Assembly: GCA_963813405.1 (NCBI GenBank)
Contig: CAWEYU010000005.1
Location: 28,122-92,121, forward strand
Direction: 5' to 3'
DNA length: 64,000 nt
Source: an uncultured Bacteroidales bacterium
GTDB lineage: Bacteria > Bacteroidota > Bacteroidia > Bacteroidales > VadinHA17
Below the pieces are notes generated by a model. That model was not told the origin of the DNA. It ran no database searches and saw only the letters and a list, made by a program, of their open reading frames with translations. Below, one piece after another: positions 48,590-54,513 of the stretch; position 1 is the stretch's first letter; each line of letters opens with the position of its first letter. A program made the position numbers and the translations under genes.

Positions 48590-49897
48590 ATGGAAGTAGA
48601 CAATAAACTGGTCAAAGACCTGACACCCGAAATCGAGACCACAAGTTATAGATGGTATATAACCTTCTCTTTCTTTTTTCTGGTTTTCGCTGTCGGTATT
48701 TATGGACTCATTCTGCAAATTGATAAAGGGCATATTGTCACAGGTATGCGTGATAATGTTGTATGGGGCTTTTATATAGTCAACTTCATTTTCTTCATGG
48801 GACTGAGCTATTCAGGCGCCCTCATTTCAGGTGTCCTCCATCTGTTTCATACAGGCTGGAGAAAGCCGGTCATCAGGATGGCAGAACTAATTACGATAAT
48901 CTCCCTTATAATTGGTCCGTTTTTTATCTTCTTTTGTATCGGAAGACTCGACAGGCTCTATTTTCTTTTTACCCATCCCCGCATTCAGTCACCAATTACA
49001 TGGGACGTTATAGCAATATGCACAGACCTTGTTGGATGTTTTGTTTACCTGTATCTTTCATTCATTGAGGACTTTGCAATTCTGCGCGACTATGCTGACC
49101 TCAATGTGGCTCCGTGGAAAAAGAAACTTTACAAAACACTTTCACTTGGATTTACAGGAACAGAGAAACAGCATAAGATCCTGGCCAACGCAAGAACTGT
49201 AATGGCAGCCATGATCATAGCAATTGCAATTATTGTCTATTCCGTTCTGGCATGGATCTTCGGAGTTACGCTACAGCCAGGGTGGCATTCAACAATATTC
49301 GGTCCATACTTCGTTATTGCTGCGGTATTCTCGGGAACAGGTTTATTAATAATACTTATGTGGATTTTCAGGAAGATATACCATCTTGAAGAATACATTA
49401 CAAAACGCCATTTTGTTAACGTTGGAGTTTTACTTACTGTCATTGCAGCATTTTATGGTTATTTTACCTTCAGCGATTACCTGACCAAATGGTACGGATC
49501 AATAAAGATGGATTCTATATTGATCGATAAACTCTTTAATGAATACTATTCGCTGTTTATCTTTGCAAACTATATCGGAATACTTCTTCCGGGTATAATA
49601 GTAGCTTTCCCTAAATTCAGAACTATACCTAATATAACTATTGCAGCTGTTATAGCTATTCTGGCTCTCTGGGTAAACCGCTATATAATTGTTATTCCCA
49701 CACTGGAAACGCCGTTTCTGCCAATCCAGGATACACGATCCGACTGGATAACCTATTCACCAACCTGGGTTGAATGGTCCCTGACTTTTGCAGGAGTATC
49801 GGTATTCGCAATGTTGTTTATGCTGATTTCAAAAATTGCTCCTATAATTTCTATTTCAGAAATGCAGGAGAAAGACAAGAGTGAAATAATGAAGTAA
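48590..49897 (+). CDS. NrfD/PsrC-family polytopic quinone-interacting membrane subunit
   Basis: 435 aa with about 10 TM helices. Canonical position after the NrfC-like gene. N-terminal WGFYIVNFIFFMGLSYSGALIS. Confidence 0.75.
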   Translation: MEVDNKLVKDLTPEIETTSYRWYITFSFFFLVFAVGIYGLILQIDKGHIVTGMRDNVVWGFYIVNFIFFMGLSYSGALISGVLHLFHTGWRKPVIRMAELITIISLIIGPFFIFFCIGRLDRLYFLFTHPRIQSPITWDVIAICTDLVGCFVYLYLSFIEDFAILRDYADLNVAPWKKKLYKTLSLGFTGTEKQHKILANARTVMAAMIIAIAIIVYSVLAWIFGVTLQPGWHSTIFGPYFVIAAVFSGTGLLIILMWIFRKIYHLEEYITKRHFVNVGVLLTVIAAFYGYFTFSDYLTKWYGSIKMDSILIDKLFNEYYSLFIFANYIGILLPGIIVAFPKFRTIPNITIAAVIAILALWVNRYIIVIPTLETPFLPIQDTRSDWITYSPTWVEWSLTFAGVSVFAMLFMLISKIAPIISISEMQEKDKSEIMK

Positions 49898-49909
49898 CTG
49901 ATAAAGGCA

Positions 49910-50800
49910 ATGATGTTCATGAAGAAAAATATATCAAACACGACTGTTCTTTTATCAATTCTGTTTCTGTTTTCTGTACAGGCTTTTCCACAGGATAAGA
50001 CAATGATAAGTCCATCCCTGCAGCTTCAGTATTTTAAAAATACTGACGATCATAGTGTTTTGCAGACCGTACTGACTTATTCAAAAAACAGGATGGAAAT
50101 ACCGCTTGCAGGAATGGAGATCTCTTTTTATAAAGGTACAAAAAAGGAACTCCTTGGATCTGTTACAACTGATAATAAGGGAATTGCAAGGTTTGCCCTT
50201 GGCAGCGATCTGAAGCTGCCGCTTGAAAATAATGGTGCATGGACATTCAGCTCAGAGTATAAGGGTAATGATACAATCACTACCGGAAATGCCGATATCA
50301 ACATCAAAGATGTCCGACTTGAAATGACTCTTTCGCTGGCAGACAGTATTAAAACCATTTCAGTAGCTGCATTTGTAAATGAGAAGGGAAAAGATACTCC
50401 TGTATCAGGAGAAGTGGTTAAAATCTATGTGCCCAGGATGTTCAGCCTATTACCAGTCGGTGAAGTAACTCTCGATGAAAAAGGTACCGGTTCAATAGAG
50501 TTTCCTGCAGATCTTCCTGGCGATAAGGATGGCAATCTGACTATTATTTCAAAGTTTGAAGAGAATGAGAAATTCGGGAATGTAGAGAAAGATTCACAAA
50601 TCAAATGGGGGACTCCGACTGTTTATACTGAATCTTCCGCTCACAGGGCTCTCTGGACAAAAACGCCTCCACGTTGGATGATCATAACACTTTCAATTCT
50701 TCTGGTTGGTGTCTGGGGTCATTATCTTTTTGCAATTATAAGCCTTTTAAGAATAAAGATCGATGCCAGAAGGCTTGCAAAAAAGGAATACCGGGCATAG
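49910..50800 (+). CDS. secreted protein with a C-terminal TM anchor, function unknown
   Basis: Signal peptide. Ig-like beta-rich body. TM WMIITLSILLVGVWGHYLFAIISLL. Lies in the operon, 12 nt after the NrfD-like gene. Confidence 0.5.
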   Translation: MMFMKKNISNTTVLLSILFLFSVQAFPQDKTMISPSLQLQYFKNTDDHSVLQTVLTYSKNRMEIPLAGMEISFYKGTKKELLGSVTTDNKGIARFALGSDLKLPLENNGAWTFSSEYKGNDTITTGNADINIKDVRLEMTLSLADSIKTISVAAFVNEKGKDTPVSGEVVKIYVPRMFSLLPVGEVTLDEKGTGSIEFPADLPGDKDGNLTIISKFEENEKFGNVEKDSQIKWGTPTVYTESSAHRALWTKTPPRWMIITLSILLVGVWGHYLFAIISLLRIKIDARRLAKKEYRA

Positions 50801-50853
50801 AGTAAAAATTTGCACGATAATTGTATTGATAGTTTAATTAAAACCAAATTATT

Positions 50854-51249
50854 ATGAAAACTTTAAAACTTATCTTTTTAGGCTCAGCCATACTGGTATT
50901 GAGTGCTTCTCTGGTTGCACAACCCAAACCATGGGTAGTTCCTGCTAATTTCAAGTCGATGAAGAATCCGGTCGCAAAGGGCGACGCAAGCAACAAGGCA
51001 GGAATGGCTATTTATACCAAGAACTGTGCATCCTGCCACGGAAAAGCTGGTCTTGGTGACGGTGTGAAAGCAAGAGCTCTTAAAGATTTCCCGGGAGATT
51101 TTTCAAAAGCAGAATTCCAGGGACAGACAGATGGTGATCATTTCTACAAGACTAAAATGGGAAGAGGTGAAATGCCAAAGTACGAAGGAAAACTATCAGA
51201 TGACGATATCTGGAACGTTGTAAATTATATGAGAACGTTTAAGAAGTAA
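50854..51249 (+). CDS. monohaem class-I cytochrome c
   Basis: 131 aa with a signal peptide. CASCHG, a distal GRGEMPKY Met ligand and WNVVNYM. Confidence 0.85.
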   Translation: MKTLKLIFLGSAILVLSASLVAQPKPWVVPANFKSMKNPVAKGDASNKAGMAIYTKNCASCHGKAGLGDGVKARALKDFPGDFSKAEFQGQTDGDHFYKTKMGRGEMPKYEGKLSDDDIWNVVNYMRTFKK

Positions 51250-51277
51250 TCCGGGGTAAGGAAATAAATAAAAGTTA

Positions 51278-51306
51278 AGGGGCTGTTGAGACAGCCCCTT
51301 TTTTAT
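51278..51306 (+). terminator. rho-independent terminator of the cytochrome operon
   Basis: Perfect 10-bp stem aaggggctgt / acagcccctt, 4-nt loop, then a T run. Confidence 0.8.
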
Positions 51307-51364
51307 TGGGTTGAAGGCATAGCCGTCAACTTAAGAGTTGGGAATAAGAGATTGTAGTGAACAA

Positions 51365-51952
51365 TTTCCCCTCCTTTTGAAGGAGGGGTGGTCGGGAGCG
51401 ATTGATTATCTGATATATACAATATTTACTCTCCCGACCGGGGTGGTTGATTATCTTCTCAGGTCTATTCTATTTTGTTATTGAAAGCTTTCCTTTTCTC
51501 ACTCTTCAAATATTCAGGTTCCTGAAATACAAATCTGTTTGCGAATCTTAATACAGTGAATCCTAAAGTCCCCAGATGTTTATCCCTGTTTTTATCTTCT
51601 TCAATTTTATGATATGCACCATGGGGATCACCATCAAGTTCGATAATTAGTTTTTCAGAAGGACAACAGAAGTCGACAATGTTATTTCCAATACAGTATT
51701 GTCTTCTGAATTTTCTTCCATAAAGCTTTTTTGATTTTAACATCTCCCACAAAGCAACTTCAGCTGAAGTAGATCTGTTCCTGAGAGATGCTCTGAAAGA
51801 CTTAAGGACCTTTCTATTGAAGAGGTTTTTGTTTTTCATTGATATAAAGGTAATAAGAAAGAATGAAATCAACCACCCCGGCCGGGGATAAAGTCTTGTA
51901 AATACCAGAGAATCAAGGGTCCCGGCCACCCCTCCTTGAAAAGGAGGGGAAA
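51365..51952 (-). mobile_element. intact DUF559-endonuclease cassette with imperfect terminal inverted repeats of about 88 bp
   Basis: The left end tttcccctccttttgaaggaggggtggtcggg...cccgaccggggtggttgatt and the reverse complement of the right end tttcccctccttttcaaggaggggtggccggg...ccccggccggggtggttgatt align at about 80%. A single ORF lies between them. Confidence 0.7.
51465..51839 (-). CDS. DUF559 / Vsr-like endonuclease-domain protein
   Basis: 124 aa from MKNKNLFNRK. Motif FRRQYCIGNNIVDFCCPSEKLIIELDG...D...R...L...GFTVLRF, typical of DUF559. The 30-aa N-terminal extension in the track is read-through of the inverted repeat. Confidence 0.8.
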   Translation of the reverse strand: MKNKNLFNRKVLKSFRASLRNRSTSAEVALWEMLKSKKLYGRKFRRQYCIGNNIVDFCCPSEKLIIELDGDPHGAYHKIEEDKNRDKHLGTLGFTVLRFANRFVFQEPEYLKSEKRKAFNNKIE

Positions 51953-52068
51953 CTATTTGTATTATGCTTCTCTTAAGTTAACAGCTTTGGGGTTGGAGGG
52001 TCCCGAAAGCTTTCGGGATAGCGGTAGATCATAAAAAAGGAGCATTTGAGACAGCCCCTTTTTTTATA

Positions 52069-52109
52069 AAACAAACCCCCGTTACGCAAATAGCCTACCG
52101 GGGGTTTTT
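52069..52109. terminator. GC hairpin with flanking T/A runs (terminator for the minus-strand haem lipoprotein gene; bidirectional shape)
   Basis: cccccg (52076-52081) pairs with cggggg (52099-52104). T5 lies on the plus side, and tttgtttt on the minus side. Confidence 0.5.
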
Positions 52110-52130
52110 ATTATTTATGCTTTAATCCTG

Positions 52131-53510
52131 TTAGGATGCAGGAGGTATAGCTGCCAATGAATTTGTCAGCAATGTTCTTACATATTTTGTATTGTGAATA
52201 CCCAGACTATATTCCCTTAAGCAAAGCTGGAAATTAATTATAGCTCCGAACTGTGCATTTGTCATAACAAGTTTTGGGAGAGTGAGGTTAAAAGCTGTCT
52301 GTGCGGCATTCCAGCTTGTACTTGGAGAAGGGTTTTGGAACACCTTGGCATTCTGAACAGTTCCCAGCGGATTAGTTGCCGGATCGTAAATATTCAGATA
52401 ACCATCATAGTTATTGTTGGTCAGCCCGGCCCATAAATTAACACTGGCTTGTACATCCTCCTGTTGATTGTCAAAATTATAATCTACGTTGACAAAAAAG
52501 TTCTCGTTGGAATTCGGATTTCTGTTCAGAACTTCAACTCCGCCAATGGTAAGTTTTGCTGCAAGCTGATTCAGTAAGCCTTTGATCTCATCCCTTGTTG
52601 CTTTCCAGTAAGCTGTGGTTGTGGAAGATGAGATCGGACCATTATGCGCAGCATCATTGTGACAACCTACCACGTTACAGCCTGTAAAGTTGCCTTTAGC
52701 AAAGAAAGTATGTCCACCTGTTCTCCCTGTAAGTGGAGACATGTGACAATCTTCGCACGATGCAACAGTTGCATGCTGGGAGTTGGTATAACCTGTACCA
52801 AATTCAACACCGCCTTTACCGGCAACAATTGCTCCTACTGTACCATAGTGTGTATGGGTTCTGTAGCTTGGTCTTATTGTGTTAACGTTTGCTGTTGAAG
52901 TAGGATTGTTACCGTCAAAGAAAGTGATAGTTGGGGAACTGACTAAAGCTGTATAGTCAATAACATTCTTATCACCGAATGTTCTGGTAAACGGACGTGG
53001 CTGGTGACATTTCACGCATAAATTACTTTTTCCGCCATCCTGTGTAAGGTCAATTGTTTTTAAACCACCATTAAAAGTCATCGGAACAGCTGCAGTGGTT
53101 GTCAGCGGCATCCAGTCAGCATCGGTATAAGTGGTATGTAAATTGTCGTGACACATAGTGCAACGTAATTCCCCATATCCCTTATTTGCAGCTGTTGAAT
53201 AGGGATTGCTGTAAGTTGTTCCTGAAAGTACAAATGCAACTGGTACATTTCTCTTAACTACATCTTTAAATCCCTCCGATGTATGACAGGGAGCGCAACC
53301 TGTACTGCCTGATTCTCCGAATGCGGCCTCACCATATTTATGTTTTGATAATTCAAACATGGTAAAGACAGAATCGACACCTGCTGAATTATGACAAAGT
53401 TTGCAGCTCTCATTTGCATCTTTCCCAGCCGGACCCATTGGTCCCTCACATGAGGTAAACAGAAATCCCGCAACTGTAAAAAGTGATAATAGTCTGATTA
53501 AGTTCTTCAT
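52131..53510 (-). CDS. multihaem c-type cytochrome lipoprotein (5 CXXCH plus one CX4CH)
   Basis: The internal ATG at 53510 gives a lipoprotein signal MKNLIRLLSLFTVAGFLFTSC. Haem motifs: CKLCH, CAPCH, CTMCH, CVKCH, CEDCH, plus CNVVGCH. The C-terminal half of about 170 aa has no haem motif. Confidence 0.8.
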   Translation of the reverse strand: MKNLIRLLSLFTVAGFLFTSCEGPMGPAGKDANESCKLCHNSAGVDSVFTMFELSKHKYGEAAFGESGSTGCAPCHTSEGFKDVVKRNVPVAFVLSGTTYSNPYSTAANKGYGELRCTMCHDNLHTTYTDADWMPLTTTAAVPMTFNGGLKTIDLTQDGGKSNLCVKCHQPRPFTRTFGDKNVIDYTALVSSPTITFFDGNNPTSTANVNTIRPSYRTHTHYGTVGAIVAGKGGVEFGTGYTNSQHATVASCEDCHMSPLTGRTGGHTFFAKGNFTGCNVVGCHNDAAHNGPISSSTTTAYWKATRDEIKGLLNQLAAKLTIGGVEVLNRNPNSNENFFVNVDYNFDNQQEDVQASVNLWAGLTNNNYDGYLNIYDPATNPLGTVQNAKVFQNPSPSTSWNAAQTAFNLTLPKLVMTNAQFGAIINFQLCLREYSLGIHNTKYVRTLLTNSLAAIPPAS

Positions 53511-53660
53511 AGTTTGTTGTTTTTGGTACAGATTATTGGTTATTAATGTTATAAATTTCACAATCATTTCGCCATGCAATGTACAAATTGGTTCTGTTAA
53601 TTGATAAACAGGTTTGCTGATATTTGCAATACGCTAAATTGATACATATGACCCATAAAG

Positions 53661-53674
53661 TTGATATTTATCAA
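53661..53674. promoter_or_regulatory. perfect FNR/CRP-family box TTGAT-ATTT-ATCAA
   Basis: An exact 14-bp palindrome in the divergent intergenic region between the haem lipoprotein gene and the Crp/Fnr regulator gene. Confidence 0.6.
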
Positions 53675-53723
53675 TATAGATTATGATATATATTAGGATT
53701 TCGTAACTTGCAACCCTAAAAAC

Positions 53724-53731
53724 TATTTTTG
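53724..53731 (+). promoter_or_regulatory. Bacteroidota -7 promoter motif (TAnnTTTG) for the Crp/Fnr gene
   Basis: TATTTTTG lies 21 nt upstream of ATG 53752. Confidence 0.4.
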
Positions 53732-53751
53732 ACACCCTCTAATATCAGGCT

Positions 53752-54447
53752 ATGTTTAGTGAAAAGCTGGTTAACAATTGTGAAAATTGCATTGTCTCGT
53801 GGAAGAATTTTAAAAATCTATCGCAAAGCGAGATAAGACTGGTCAACGAAAACAGGTATGAAGCTACTTTTAAACCCGGTGAAATAATTCTTAAACAGGG
53901 ATCTCCTGCTTCAAACGCAGTTTTTCTGGCGTCAGGTATGGCAAAGGTATATATAGAAGGCCTTGATGGTAAGAGCTTTATTTTAGGAATTGCATTACCC
54001 TCTCAGATTTTAATAGGTCCTGGCGTTCATGTTCATACCCGGCTTTCATATTCAGTTTCTGCACTGACTGTTGTTCAGGCATGTTTCATAAGTTTTGATA
54101 TTATGAACCAGATGATAAGACAAAATGCAGATTTTGCTTATGGAATGATTGAGGACCTCAGCACTAAATCTTACGTCATTCACAATAAGCTTGTAAGCCT
54201 TACCCAAAAAAAGATGCCTGGCAGACTGGCAGAGGCAATTCTTTTTTTTGCGGAAGAAGTATATAAATCTGATGAATTCAATATGATCTTATCAAGGAAA
54301 GAACTTGGTGAGATGACTAATATGGCAAAAGAGAGTGTTGTCAGAATATTGAAAGAGCTCGAATCGGCTGGTGTCATAAATGCCAGTTGTTCAAAAATTC
54401 AGATACTCGACAGGGAAAAGCTGAGGCTGATCTCTGAGCGAGGCTGA
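53752..54447 (+). CDS. Crp/Fnr-family transcriptional regulator
   Basis: 231 aa. N-terminal CENC pair, a cNMP-binding-like beta-roll, and a C-terminal HTH (RKELGEMTNMAKESVVRILKELE). Confidence 0.85.
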   Translation: MFSEKLVNNCENCIVSWKNFKNLSQSEIRLVNENRYEATFKPGEIILKQGSPASNAVFLASGMAKVYIEGLDGKSFILGIALPSQILIGPGVHVHTRLSYSVSALTVVQACFISFDIMNQMIRQNADFAYGMIEDLSTKSYVIHNKLVSLTQKKMPGRLAEAILFFAEEVYKSDEFNMILSRKELGEMTNMAKESVVRILKELESAGVINASCSKIQILDREKLRLISERG

Positions 54448-54513
54448 TGGCAGAAGGCTGAAGACTGAAGGTGGACTTCGGACAATTTAAAATTATAAAA
54501 ACTAAGTATTATT

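Noticed and set aside
51840-51929. 30-aa N-terminal extension of the DUF559 ORF (MAGTLDSLVFTRLYPRPGWLISFFLITFIS).
   Set aside because: The extension is translation through the terminal inverted repeat. The decayed copy at 8599 and the stub at 8924 both conserve the internal ATG (MKNKN / MINKN) as the start.
52001-52018. Perfect 18-bp palindrome tcccgaaagctttcggga between the DUF559 cassette and the second terminator-like copy.
   Set aside because: It could be part of the inserted segment or a stand-alone hairpin. With a single occurrence I cannot assign a function.
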